Positions 1-13,688 are shown, counted from the whole stretch's first letter. The stretch is 62,847 nt of DNA, filler included, from Platydemus manokwari (GCA_037951405.1; 6 parts of 6 records of this genome joined end to end with filler, not necessarily neighbours in it), one strand, 5' to 3'. Numbers and translations: made by a program. The notes: a model not told the origin generated them from the letters alone.

Positions 1-170
1 TATTATTATTATTATTATTATTATTACTCTATTATTATTATTGTCATGGTTATTATTATCATTATTGTTATTATTATAACTATTATTACCATTGTTATTA
101 TTATTGCTATCATTATTATCATTTAATATATTATTATTATTTATTTATTTTTATTTTTTGTTATTAATAT
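1..170. repeat. (TAT/ATT)n imperfect trinucleotide microsatellite
   Basis: Run of tattattatt... with scattered substitutions. Confidence 0.9.
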
Positions 171-2247
171 TCATTACAATGAAATCATTGAATACATGAA
201 GAACATCTAATAATGTGCAATAGAAATGCTCGACTCGAATAGTCGAAACAATGCGATCAAATTAACAAATATTTTTTAAATATAATCTAAAAACAAAACT
301 ATTCTTTAAATGAAATTCAAATGTTAATTAATTTCGATGACCATTCGAATGACCAATGTCAACCACTTGAAATACAAAACACTATTTCAGACTCTCATTG
401 TTCGATTAAAAATTATAGATTATTTCTTTTATTATATTTTGATTAAAAATTTCAATAGATACCTTTGCTTGGGTATAGTTTTAAATGTAAATGAGATATC
501 GACCCTTATTTGTTCACTTTTAATCTTGTAGAAAATCATTGTGAGTATTGTTTATAGTTCAATTCGATATATCTTTTTTACAATTCAGTGCTCGAGAATA
601 AAATTAGATATTCGCTATGGGAAATAAAATCAATAATAAATTTACATTGAGTTAATTTATCGATGATACAGGGACAATAAAAATAATTGAGATAACGATA
701 AAGAATTGTCAGAAATATCACTCCCAAAAAATATATATGATTAGAGTTGTCATTTGAGTATAAACAAAAATTTTCCTCACAAGTCCAGTGAACGTTTTTG
801 GATTGTTGGTTGACAAATGAATAAATATCGGATATTATTAAAGCTTATGACTGAATGACTATTTTATCATTCTATTTATTCAGAGATGAAGAATCGTCAA
901 GAAAATTAGTCATTATCATTACCGTTAGTTATTCCGATATTTGATTGGATGAATTATTGCATTGATTAATGTTACATGGATGTTAATCTAAAAAAAATTA
1001 TCGATAATATCTATTTTAAGTTTAAATTATATTCATTGAGTATTAATAAATCCCTCCAAAAATCTGACACCTCTCAGAAAATAGATCATGTGTAATTAAT
1101 CAAGTATAAATTTAGATAAAAGAAATGTTTTAAATCTAAAATTCTTAAAATCATTAATAATAAAACTTATCAGATATTATTCATGCTTATAAAAATTAAC
1201 CATTAAAGATTATAAAGACCAAAAGATCTATTAATAATTATCATAATTAATAAATTCAAATGACCTACATAATAAACATGATGATATCAATTAAATATTT
1301 ATTGAAAATTTCTAATCACCAACCCTCCTTCAAGCATAGAATAACTATGAGGGAATTATTTTCAAAAATCGGTATTTAATATATGACTGTTATTGAACAC
1401 ATTTCTATCATACAAAAATCATAGATCTGTTCTTAGTACTATAATATTATTGTAAATAATGGATTCCAACCTGCCAAGAAACATGAAGGGTAAAGTTTGA
1501 GTTGTAGTCAAATTAGAATTTATAGGAAATGATTTTCAATTCTGTTCATCTAGTCAGAATTCAATGTAACTGAATTTTTGCCCATCCAATTTTATAATCC
1601 AACTGGTTTCCCCTTAAATGAATTGAAGTAGAGTAGGTTCAATTAGTACGCTCAATCAGTTTTGTCTTTCTCGACTTATCCTAATTAGATATTGCTTTTC
1701 GGAGGAAAATGGAGTATTATTGTCGAAATCAATAAATATTCGTTATTGCATTGGTTATTTATGTGTATGCTATTTACTGAAAGAACAGATATCTATCTTT
1801 GTCAAACCCTCTTAAGTGGTTTATCTGATTGGAATTCCAAATTTAGATAAGAATCAAATGGTTTTGTGAAAATTATAATTACAGTAAATAATATATAAAA
1901 TTTTATTGCTGAATGAACACCAAACACAAATAATAAATGCAAATATCGAACATGCGGATGAACTAGTTTGAAGCTAGATAGCATTTGTAGTAACCTGGGA
2001 AAATTGGATACAAATCGAACTCAAATATTAAGGAACTCAATTTGATAAACGTTTTATTTTTTAACGGAATTTTAAATTTAAAATATCGAAAATTAATTCC
2101 GAGAATTTTTATAATTGAAGCATTAAAATATTAAAATTGAATTAAATATTTCAAGATTTAGTTTAATATAGAATTTAAATTTATAAAAATTTAATTTTAT
2201 ATAAAATTATATAATTTATTTAAATAACGGTATTTAAATACATAATA

Positions 2248-2580
2248 AGCTCTTGTGTCTTTTCAGTTCGTTTTCAATGTATAGTTTTTTCAAAATAGTA
2301 GCAGCTTAGAAAGTCAATGACGGTAAATTATGGAAAGAATGAGGAAAATGTTGAGACTATATAGAGAATGTATAAAAAATATGTAGAGAAGACATAAAAA
2401 GATAGAAGAATTAGATATTTTAACCTATATAAATATGTAAAGCATTCGTGTCTTTTCATTTCGTTTTTAATGTTTGGATTTTTAAAATAGTAGCAGCTAA
2501 CATTGTCAATTAGGATTTTAATAAAAGAAATTAAGAAAATACCAATATAGAGGGAAAATAAAAATTATATAACCTATGAA
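2248..2580. repeat. Diverged tandem duplication, offset about 193 nt
   Basis: gtgtcttttca.ttcgtttt.aatgt...aaaatagtagcagct.a...gtcaat starts at both 2255 and 2448. Both copies continue to tatagag...taacctat, and the second has an internal deletion. Confidence 0.7.
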
Positions 2581-3160
2581 GTATTTATTCGACAAAAAGT
2601 TTTACTTTTCCGAGACTCTGAGATGCGGAATAAGTTTTTATACACAATAATTGTTTACAACCCACTTAGTACTTATAAGTTTAATTTTTAAACATGTATT
2701 GCATATAGATTAATGAAAAATTTTTGATAAAATATTAATGATAACCACCAAATTACCCGTAAGCATTTACTCGTCCAATAGTTAAGCCATTTCGGTCATT
2801 CTATTTAATAATAGAAAATATTAGATAAACAAAATATTTCTCTATATCTCTGATAATGAATAAAACATGGATATTTCTAACGATTTGATGAGATTATTTG
2901 ATGAATTTTGATCATTTTAAAAATTACTTTGAAATTATTCGTGACATGTATTGAACGAGCATGCTACAAGACGAGAAAATATTTGTTAAAAGGACATGGC
3001 ACCACGTAATGATTTTCTATGTTCTTTAGTCATTAAAAGAAATATTTATGAATAAAAAAATCGTTATTAATATATCTAATATTATAAAAAAATTAAATTT
3101 ATTTGATGAAAGCAATTAATAGTGAAAGTAAATATATTTTTCTTTCAATATGAAAAGGAT

Positions 3161-4246
3161 TTATTGAATTTTACTTTGACGTACTAAATCCTTTAAGGGT
3201 CCTACCATAGGGTAAGACCAAAATGAATTGTTTTCCATTGCTTTTTTTATTGAATCCTGACAAAAGTAACAGTTGCGTTGAAAGTAATTTTGATATTCAA
3301 TGCATTCTCCCATATGGATATAGTAAACCCAGAAATTATGAAAAATAACACTGCAGAAACATTTGTAACGTCTTCGGCGATACTTTTCAAAAAATATCCA
3401 CAAGTGATACACAGCCATTGGACAATGGATGATTCCACTAAATATGTGTTGGAAAAATTCAAAATGCTGATCGAACAATTTCCCGCACAAACAACGATGC
3501 CAGGGCACCTTCAGTTCGACGCAGTGATTTGAATGGTCATTCAATTCATTGTCAGTTTTGAATCGTTCTCCACAATGACATAATTTTGGAAACGTTTTAA
3601 ATATTTCATCAGCTTCCATGGATTTTTGAGTGATGATATTTTTGAGTTGAGAAAATTCATATTCATATTGCCATCGCGACACAATTCCCGATGTCAGTTT
3701 AGTGTATATTATATGATGCATATCATTTATCCAAGCTATTCTAGCATTCATCGTTGGACTTTCAACATCTTTTTCCAACTCCAAATAGAGCAAGAGCCAA
3801 CTTAACGCATTGTGATCACGTTTTTTAAATGGAGTACGTCTTTGGAAATGTTCCGTATTGCTTGGAACCGGTTGATTGATGTAGATGGGTGTTAAATGGG
3901 CTAGTTTTTGATCGATTTCCTGTGATTCTGGACTATACATCATATCACATGGTTTCATTAATACTATCGGTCGATATGTATGCTCAAAAGGTTTTCCTAT
4001 CTGTGTGTTTGGATCTACTTGTGGCGGCAGTACGTATGGATTGGGTGGCATGGAGCCATAATAATTTACGAACCACTGGTTTTGATAAATGGCTAAACAA
4101 TAGGCACAGTTGCATTGAAATGAAGAATTCGTGGAAATTGGCATCGGTTCATAGCCAGTTGTAGGACATATGTTTTGTGACGAAAAACTATTAGCTATCA
4201 CTGGATGCATTATGTTTTGAAATTCTTGACCTGTGATATTATTCAT
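3161..4246 (-). CDS. Uncharacterised 361-aa protein with Pro/Gln/Tyr-rich N-terminus and three CxC-x12-H zinc-finger-like repeats
   Basis: 1086-nt ORF in AT-rich DNA. Repeats CHCGERFKTDNELNDHSNHC, CLCGKLFDQHFEFFQHIFSGIIHC and CFCSVIFHNFWVYYIHMGEC keep the C2H2-type F and hydrophobic positions. The frame stays open about 44 codons upstream of the ATG, and a ttttcag acceptor lies at 4327-4333, so an upstream exon is possible. Confidence 0.75.
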   Translation of the reverse strand: MNNITGQEFQNIMHPVIANSFSSQNICPTTGYEPMPISTNSSFQCNCAYCLAIYQNQWFVNYYGSMPPNPYVLPPQVDPNTQIGKPFEHTYRPIVLMKPCDMMYSPESQEIDQKLAHLTPIYINQPVPSNTEHFQRRTPFKKRDHNALSWLLLYLELEKDVESPTMNARIAWINDMHHIIYTKLTSGIVSRWQYEYEFSQLKNIITQKSMEADEIFKTFPKLCHCGERFKTDNELNDHSNHCVELKVPWHRCLCGKLFDQHFEFFQHIFSGIIHCPMAVYHLWIFFEKYRRRRYKCFCSVIFHNFWVYYIHMGECIEYQNYFQRNCYFCQDSIKKAMENNSFWSYPMVGPLKDLVRQSKIQ

Positions 4247-5399
4247 GGATTCTGCATCCAGATGAGTTCCATTGTTTTTAAAATTATAATAAGGTGTTAA
4301 AATTGGAATGAATTTTGAAATATCATCTGAAAATTTAAATAATTTACGTTTAATTTTAATTATCGAACAAAAAATGTATCAATAAATGGTTTTGAAATCG
4401 TCACCAGTTCAGATCTTCCAGAACATTGAATAACAAAAGATTTAGGAACTCAATATCAACACAATTTCTAGTATTGAATTAAATATATTAATTTTAAAAT
4501 TTTTTAATTAAAAAATAACTTTCTTCTACTTGCATTCATCATGCCAAAATTAAAAATGTACTTAAAAAGTTGTATATTAATAATATATCATAAACGTGAC
4601 ATAATTTCTGTTAGATTAACATTACTAAGGTTGTTATTTTTCCTTCCATATTCGATTCCATTACGAACCCCTTTCAGTTGGCTAAATTTGATGATCTATC
4701 ACTACTAATCCCAAAAGATGCTAATTAAAAATATTCAAAAAATTCAATATGATAATTCTGAAAGAAAAATCACAAATCTCATTTTTCTATTCTTCAAAAT
4801 CCAATATTACTTATGTGATTATTAAAGTAAGCATGATAATGGAATTTTTGCGAAACGAAGCACGAATAATGTGCATAACAGATTTTAAAATTGAATGAAA
4901 GTCATTAATCCGGACACCAGTGTGACATGGGCATTGATCCATAGGGTTTTTGTTAAAAGAAAAGCGTTACAAATGAAACGGAATAAAATTAAAAATTTAT
5001 TCCTACTAAAATTATCATGTAGTTTCAATAAAATTTATTAGGAAACCAGAATTGATATGATATAGCTCATAAAATGTCTAATAATTCTTTAGTAAAAAAA
5101 TAAGTTCAATTATCTTTTATATTGAAAATAATTTCACGATTTCAACAAAGAGAAAATATTGAGCTCATTCATTATCTTTGATTGGAAAAAAAATATAATG
5201 CATGCATGCATATCCAATAGATGTTAGGGTATGATAATTTTGTTAAAGTTAGGCTATTTTAATCGTAAATAATTATCGTTGTTTAAAATATTTTCTATAC
5301 TGTTTAGTTTTAAATAAAATAATAAATGTTAAAATGAATCCAGAGTATTTTCGTTCTTACGACCACACCGAAATTTACAGCCACTAGGAAAGACAGGCA

Positions 5400-6600
5400 C
5401 AAGATTTTTTTTCAGTTAATTTTAATAATAGATAATTCATCGATGGTTTATCTAATAGATAGTTTATTTAATAGATAGTTTATCAAAGATCTGACAAGAA
5501 GTACCGTCGGTATGAGCTTCGTGTGGGCAAACTCGTGGTGAAGGCGTTGGACAAAATATTTAAGTTAGAATGGAATACGAAATTATTTATTCTTCAGACT
5601 AAGTAGCAACAAATTGAAATTGTACTCAGTGATGGATATCACAATTTCCCGATGATAGAAGACGAAAAGGTTGCCGGTAAATAAGAGATGTTAATTCCAG
5701 CCATATCAATAAACATGGTAATGAATACTTATTCCGAGTTGAATTGCAGAAATATCCACAAAAAACATTAGTATGAAATTGACAGATTACATTCAAAATA
5801 TTTATTTCTGCTTGTCTCGAAACATTGAGCATGAACGTGTGATATTTGCTTACACTTTAATATACACTGGGAGAACTAAGGAAGATATGATTCCAAGGGT
5901 AGATTTTGGATCATTGGAACAGATATTTGTCGATGTTACTCCTTTGGAGAGTTAATGACCGAAAGCAGGTATCCGTTAGTTATTGTATGTAGATAAGCTG
6001 AGTGCCACTAGCATCAATAGACGATATTTTATATTTAATTTTATTTCCAATTGGTAGATTTATGTATATGGCATTGTTAGTTATATACTTACCAATCGAA
6101 GTAAAGCTATTTAAGGATAAATATTAAAGAAATTCCTAAACATTTTGGAATAAAACAAAAAGTTGTCTTCTTATATCATGATCAGGAAAAAGGCTAGCAT
6201 AAAAGATTATCAGAGTACTTAGATATGTTGGAAACAGTAATGGCTTCAGAAAAACAACCCTGGGTTAAAATTATCTCTCGAATATAATTTATCGTAAATG
6301 AAAAGTATCAAAGCTCAATTCAACATTTTTCTGTTCAAGATTTCGAGTGGAAAACGGATCAATAAAATAGGAAGTCAGCTCAAATCAGTTACCATTAACT
6401 CGTTAAGATTTTTAGACAAAAAGATAAGTGGTTAGGAGGTTTCAGTGAAGAAATAAAAACACAAAAACATGTTTCCAATATAAAAGCCTTATATAATTTT
6501 AAATTTTGTAAGTACTCACAAGGACTTCTGGACTTCTCAGTACAAAATATATTTAGAAGAATTAAATGGTTTAGAAAACCTCAAAAGCCATTGGAGAAGA
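5400..6600 (+). mobile_element. Possible highly decayed LTR-retrotransposon pol remnant
   Basis: Scattered motif-like fragments in broken frames: IDDIL at about 6017, L-D-M-L-E-T-V and GLKLSLE at about 6219-6282, TKEDMIPRVD at about 5875. No continuous ORF. Confidence 0.25.
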
Positions 6601-9600
6601 AAGTTAGACGATATTAATTCTAAATAATTATCATTGTTTAAATTAAGTAATTGTTATCTAGAATATGTTTAGTTTTAAATAAGTAAATAAATTTCAAAAT
6701 GACTTCGGACTTTGTTCTTACTGTCAATGTTGGAAAATAAAAATGGTAGAATGACATTTTAGTAATACTGAAATTTTATCGCCATAATAGTGATTACCAT
6801 TAAGGTCAAATCAAAATAGCTTAATTAGTCCTTTTGGTGGTGATGGTGATTTAATAGCATATATGATAATATATCATTATAATTCAAAAACATACCACAT
6901 AATAATGCATCATAAAATTAGTTAATTATTGTTCTCGGTTCGTTATTATGAAATTCTATATTAGTATCTTTAGATTTGATTTATAAAAAGTGGATTTGAT
7001 ATTTACAAAACCACATGAAAAATATCAAATTTAATGAATTTTCTAAAAAACTCAATGAAACATTCGAGAGAGAAAATAATTCTATCCATTGTATAGCGAG
7101 AGAATAATGTTAATTCATTCTTCAAAAATCGGATTACATTTTCACAATGAATTTCTTCTTTCCCATTTTTCTCTGTTATCAATAGGTTATCTGATTACCA
7201 TCGATAATTAATAATAAATCTTTTTCAAATCAAAACGTCACTGATTCTAACAATTGAGTCCATTTTCAAAATCCAATACGTTATACGATCATATTATCGT
7301 TTGTGACGATTTTATTTTCCTGGTAAAAATGAGTTGAGAAATTTACTTTAATGATATATCGAATCTGTCTAGACTTAAAGTAAAATCCAACGATAAAATT
7401 TCTGATAGATTTCAGAAACGCTCAAAGTTGGTATGGGCTCAGAAGAGATAAGGACGAATGCATTATCAGTGAAGAAACGATTGTATGGATTAATGTAATG
7501 AAATGATCTTAATAATATATCACAAAACAAATTGAAATCACCAGCGACTGAAAACTATTTAATTTCGAACAAAATCAAACCTGTGTAAAAGTTCGCTTTA
7601 ATCATTATATGAAAAATAAATTGTAATATATAAATAGCTATTCAAAATTAAAATGGAGAAAATAAAAATTCTTCATCGATATTAATGAATATTAGAAATT
7701 AGAAATATAATTCGACTTAAATTCTAATTTAATTTTACTTTTCTTCTAATGAACATATAATAATAATCATAGTTAATCATTCTTTATAACAAATATAATA
7801 TTATTAAATATCAAATTATTTTTATAGTATTAGAAATTCAATTTTATTCACTAATATTCATACTTATTAAATATTTACTGGTACAACAATTTAATAGTTT
7901 GATCAGTTTAATTATAATTTCATTTTACGCAATCATTATTTTATCTTCATACTACGAATATGCTTACTTTGATTGCATCCTTCCGGTATTTTGATGTTCG
8001 ACGTTGAATAATTTGATTCGACGTTATTTTTGATTTCGTCACCTTTCAAATAATTGTCATTAGAATTAATATTCAAACTGGTATAATCTTCTTGGTTATA
8101 TTCAGTGGGAGCTGAATGTAACGCAGATTGAGTATTAGATAATGAACTCTTCATATTCATGTAATATGCATGATAATAGCATTTAATGTATTAGATCTAT
8201 ACAAATTTCGGTGATCGATAATGAATAAACTGATCGATTTTCTGTTTTTGTTCGAAGTTAGATACTTGTTTAATTCAAAGATATATTCTATTATCATGAA
8301 TTTATTATTTTTTATGAGTTTATGAATGCATATACGGATATCGTTTATGGTTATCATTTTCAGATAGATTTATTATCAGTCATTTATTTTGTTTAAATAG
8401 TTTTGAAAATGTTGAGAAAGCAAATTTTTCTTCAGAAAGTATACTGGTCAAGTTAAAAAAAAACTGGATTAATAAATTGATTTTAAAATCCTCATTATAT
8501 GTCGATCATATGTTATCAAACCGCAAGTTTTAATATTCTTTTAAATGAATCTTCATCAACCTGCTCCATATCTTTGGGAGAAAATAATCATAATCAATAT
8601 TGTAACTTGGATAAGAAAGCTTTATTAATTTATTAACTTAATAACAAATGAAAGACAATTGTTAATTAATTCGGTTAGTACATGAATATAGATTTTTATT
8701 TAATTAAAATTTATAATTTTTTTCATTTTTGTGGAATTTTTTCAGCTGATTCGAAGTTGTCATTCGTATTGTTTGTTTGTCCATTTAATTTCAGCTTTTG
8801 GTCATATTAATTTTCAGTTTTAATACAGGAAGATTTCCCTACCTCCTTAGCCATATTTAATCAACCTGATTATTCTCTTCGACTGACTGCATTAAAACAA
8901 AGGTTTAGATAACTTTTTCTTTGCTTCTGTCTTCCAATACGAGCCTATTTATTTTATTCGTAGTCGTGCTTTATAAAGGTTGTGTTACTTATAAAATAAT
9001 AACGGCCTCTTTGACTTATTATTCCTATTTCCATCATTTTAATCGCGACAAACCACTGTATTATACATACAATCTATCTCAATTTGGCAATGTATGCATG
9101 ATCAAGTATAATTACTGTGATCACTTGTGGCTGATTTAGATCGTCAATCATTTTTAAAATAATTGCTTCAGCATCTCCCATAAATGATTGTCTCATTTCA
9201 AATTCATCGAAATCACCAGCTTTCAATACTTTGTCATGTTTATTTTCTTCTTAATATTCGCAAATGAGTTTTGAACTCATTATTTTTCTGTTGGTAATAC
9301 ATTCTTATTCTATGCTATGAGTTTTCTAATTAACTAATGTTCATTATGTTATTTCTATTTCCTGCTTGATGGCCAGTGTAATCCGGTAAATATACTTGGA
9401 ATTTATTTTGATACTCAGTAAATATATCTATGATTGACTTTGAATTACCAATTTGATCTGTCATTTCCCTTGCTCATAGCTTTGAATTAATTTATTCAGA
9501 TCATTAAATGTTATCTCGGGTAAGATTATTTTTTGCAATTTATTCCCAACTAAAAAGCCTTTTTCTTCATCACAGTAATTTTTTCCAAAGTGCCACCATA

Positions 9601-11060
9601 TGTCTTACGGATGTTTGGATATTTCCATTTCAATACTTTACAAGTAAAAACCTATTTTCATTTCTCCTTTTCATTGCAACTCTAGTTATATTATCTAATA
9701 TGTATTAATTTATTTAACAGGTTTTTCAATTAGTTGATCTTCTTTTCTTTCGACTCTCCAAACTACGTTATAACTTTTATTTTCTGTTTCTCAGGATATT
9801 CAATATAACTACATTTTTACTCTAATAAATTCAACATTTACAGTAGAAGAAAAATACGTTTTTCGAATTAATCAATATCAATTGTAAACTCGTGAAAGAT
9901 ATTAGAATTTCTGTTTAGAATTTATGTGCTGAAAACGATATGCTTAATTTTTTCTGTCAAAATTTAGCTTGATAGTTTATGTGCCGTGAAATAATGTGAC
10001 GTAGAATAAGGTTCGTGAAGTTATGTGCGAATGACTTCTGTTTGTCTGGTATTTTTGCATTCTTCATACCTTTGTGTTTGTCAACAACAACAGTAACAAC
10101 AAAAATCCTGTAATTATACAAAAATCTAAATATCAACTCGAATATCTTTCTTCTCAACTTTTATACCTTAAACAACAACACCAAATACAAAACTATACCG
10201 TTTATACACCATGTGCATCGACGTCTATTAAATTATATTATGCAAGAAAATAGGTAAATCACAAAAATATCAGACGATCTGAATATTCAAAAAATCATCT
10301 AAAGATTAGAATATTCATAAGCAGTAATATTATGAAGTCAGCATTCAAAATCGAGCAGTCTATCCATCTAATCGCTCTATTTTTGCGCTCCTGCATCAGT
10401 TTACTGATTGCGTTCGGCAGGACTAGTAAATGTCATGAAAATCATCGATTTACCACTATCAATCAAACTTATAAAAATTGCTCATATCTATAATCAAAAC
10501 TTGGTTCAAAAAATATTCTAGGTCATTCTGAATAAAAGACAATAGTTTATAAATAGTGAAGTTGGAGACAAGGACAGTATCCTCCTTCTCAGTGTCCTCC
10601 CATCAGAATAAATCGGTGCCCATATACAATATTTGAGCATTTTCGTTGAATTTACTTTTTAAAATATTATAGCAAAACTCATACATTAATAACTTTATTT
10701 CAAATGACTTGATCCTAAAATATTTGTTTAATTAATTTCACTTGTTTGTGGTAAACTAATTTTAGAAACAAATGCTACGACAAAAATCCAATGTAACTAA
10801 AATTTATGACTACCACACTACAAGTACTAAAAATAGTAATCTTTATAAGTTGCAATTTAAATACCTAAAAATAGCAACATTAAATGAGGCATGAACGATA
10901 CTTCACAAACACAGAATTTAAAATCAAAATTGAGGAACACAAAATATTTTATTCAGATTTCATTAATTGTCTTTCTTCTTGCACACTAAAATTTAAAAGG
11001 TGCATTTAGAAATTTAAAAATACTATTTCTATACTCACATAAGTGTGTTTAATCTGAGGC

Positions 11061-11106
11061 AACACACACACACATATATATATTTATATGTGTGTGTATG
11101 TGTGTT
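11061..11106. repeat. (CA)n-(TA)n-(TG)n self-complementary microsatellite
   Basis: aacacacacacacatatatatatttatatgtgtgtgtatgtgtgtt. Confidence 0.8.
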
Positions 11107-12261
11107 ATTACTTATCACGTCATAAATTTATATTGTGATCACCATTTAAAACCAAAATCAAATCATATCTATTTGGAGAAAATATTTAACATAAACCAAA
11201 AATATAAATTCGTATTATTTATCTGGAATATTTCAACTTTCTTTTTAGAAAGATTTTTTCACTCGTATTAAAACTGAAATGTTTTGAATGCTTGGTGGTA
11301 AATTTGAAGAAAGGAAGGAAACAATTTAAAATTTTGCGCTTCATACAAAGTCAAATTTTTTCAATAGAATATAATTAATTAAATAATTACTGAGATTGAC
11401 CGTAAGTGTTAGCAAACTATGTCGAGAATATAAGATTAATAATTAACTTTATTAAAATTATTTTAATTTTACTTTATTTGAAAGTCGCATTTAAATCTTT
11501 CATTCAAATTTGAAGCTTCTTGATTAGAAATTTAATTAAAGCTAGTAATTGATACAAGTTGATTGATTAAAATCAAATAAAGCTAATCAGAATTATGAAG
11601 CAAAATGAAATGCAAAATATAATTGAACGTGCTTAACAATAAAATGTTGATTTTGAATTTTAATTAAAGTGTTTTCGAAATAATGAAAAATCGTTTTACC
11701 GACAAAATAAAAATTCCAACATCAAACCAAATGTCAGGATTCGGAGAATTTTAATTTCCAGTGTCAATATTGCACCCAAATTGTCAAAAACAATAGCTAA
11801 ATAAAGATATTCAAATTCTCCACCGATGTATATAACAGTTTAAATGATATAAAAGTTAAATAGATTACACTGAATGAAAAGAATTGTTTTATTATTATTA
11901 TTTTTGAATAAAACAGTGAAAGTTCAAAAGAATATTTTCGACATCAAATGAAGAAGTTGCTAAAAAATACAACTCTTAATTGATCTAGAGGGTGGACAGT
12001 AAATAAAATTTATTAGAAGAATAAATATAAAAGTGCAGAATATCAGTTTATCAACATTGTCAATATTTTCAAATCCTTTTCAGAGGAATGACTTCACTTC
12101 AAATAAAATCGTAACTTTATTACTATAATAAACTTATGAAAATCTTGATGATTTACTGTGTTTTAAACTTAATCAACTTTTTGTAGACCTTTTTTTGTAT
12201 ATAAGGAATTAACCAAATCATTAAATCGTCTAAGCCTAATCTTGTTATACTTGGATCCTTG

Positions 12262-12361
12262 NNNNNNNNNNNNNNNNNNNNNNNNNNNNNNNNNNNNNNN
12301 NNNNNTTAATTAATTAANNNNNNNNNNNNNNNNNNNNNNNNNNNNNNNNNNNNNNNNNNNN
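12262..12361. other. Artificial contig spacer (44 N + TTAATTAATTAA + 44 N)
   Basis: Exactly 100 nt. The central palindrome has stop codons in all six frames. Confidence 0.97.
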
Positions 12362-12499
12362 TTAACAAGTATGTCAATAAATGTCGATTATTTTATTAAA
12401 TAGTTTCAAGTGTATTTTGAAATATTATCAAATATATCGATTATAATCAAAAATTAAATATTTTTCAACATTTGTGTGAGTAATATCGAATAAAATAAA

Positions 12500-12610
12500 T
12501 AATTATAATCAAATATAATCAAATATTATCAAACTATTCATCAAAATATTATCAAATATAATCAAACCAATCATCAAAATATAATCAAATATAACCAAAT
12601 ATAATCAATG
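12500..12610. repeat. About 10-nt minisatellite (ATAATCAAAT)n inside the ABCB10 intron
   Basis: ataatcaaat/attatcaaat/ataaccaaat units repeated about 10 times. Confidence 0.75.
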
Positions 12611-12630
12611 ACAAACCACCAAAGACATAC

Positions 12631-13688
12631 CATGCCGAAAAATGAGCCCCTTAACAATGCTTCACGATAAGCAGTCGCCAAAACACTCGATGTCGTTTTT
12701 TTATAACTGTCAATCTCTTCTCGTTCTTTACGAAATGCTTTGACGGTCCTGATGGCCGATAGTGTTTCATTGGCCTTCTCTGTCGATGCTGCAACACATT
12801 GCTGAAGTTTGTTGGAAACTCTCCTGATAAATCGGCCGAATATAACAGGCGCTCCCATCACCGGTGGCAAAATAAACATCGAGAACAAACTCAATTGCGG
12901 GGACACATACACCTGACCGAAACCGTTATTTTGTTATTAATGTCATCAAGAACATCTTGCCATCATCGACATTCCCATTAACGTTTGTATGGTCGATCTA
13001 AGCCCATTAGAAATATTATTACTCAATCCTTCACCCACAACAGTCGTGTCCAATGATATTCGAGATATAAGTTCACCGGATTGATTTCGATCAAAAAATT
13101 CAACTGGTTTATAAATCAGTGATGAATATAGGCGATTTCGTAAATTTACAATTATTCTTTGACCTTGGTTACGTCATAATTGTATTATGACTTTACAATC
13201 CATAAATTTTACCCGCTGTTTGAATTAAATAGAATCGACCAAAATTTGCAAGCCCACCAATTACAAAAAATGCCAAAGCTAAACCACCTAATTTCATAGC
13301 ATCATCATTATCGATACGAAAATCATTTTTAAACTGATCCAATTTAAAACTTTTTATATTCAGATATTCCAATAATTTCATAATTGTTTCGTTAGGTCTT
13401 TTACCGGTTGATATATAATCAATTATTTTACCAACTAACAATGGAACACTCAAGGTGACTCCACTAGAAATAAAAAGAAGGCCAACAGCCCCTGAATTAT
13501 AACATTAATTTCCTTTTTACTTGATTTTTTTTAATACCAGTCAATCGATGTTTTTCTCCTTTAATAAATTTCATCATTTGTAAAATATTACTCTTTGAAG
13601 AATCTTTTTTATTGGAGCTACAAAAGCATCTGGATTTTAAATTGTGACGTAATGAAAGTTTGACAATTTTTAAAAATAATTGAGACAT
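12631..13688 (-). CDS. ABCB10: Mitochondrial ABC half-transporter ABCB10 (MDL1-like), 5' partial: transmembrane domain only
   Basis: Exons 13688-13538, 13491-13213, 13163-12961 and 12912-12631; introns 46, 49 and 48 nt (the third is GC-AG), then a gtatgt donor running toward the spacer. Spliced translation includes GAVGLLFISSGVTLSVP, GGLANFGRFYLIQTAGQRIIVNLR, FFDRNQSGELISRISLDT, NGLRSTIQ..GMSMM/VYVSPQL and ANETLSAIRTVKAF, matching the ABCB10 TMD. The N-terminus is basic and presequence-like. I found no nucleotide-binding-domain exons in the window. Confidence 0.9.

Noticed and set aside
4327-4347. 21-nt GT...AG in-frame micro-intron upstream of the zinc-finger ORF
   Set aside because: Far shorter than the 46-63 nt introns supported elsewhere. 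The AG may be real, but this donor is unsupported.
7936-8357. Two adjacent minus-strand ORFs of 74 and 66 aa
   Set aside because: No recognisable motif, different frames and no convincing splice sites.
12150-12261. Frame ending KVYKKLIKFKTQ* as a possible ABCB10 last exon
   Set aside because: Only vague similarity to ABC C-termini, no AHRLS motif, and it lies across an artificial spacer.
12306-12317. TTAATTAATTAA repeated five times at roughly regular spacing (repeat array or piggyBac TTAA sites?)
   Set aside because: Always centred in 88 N. It is an assembly linker, not biology.
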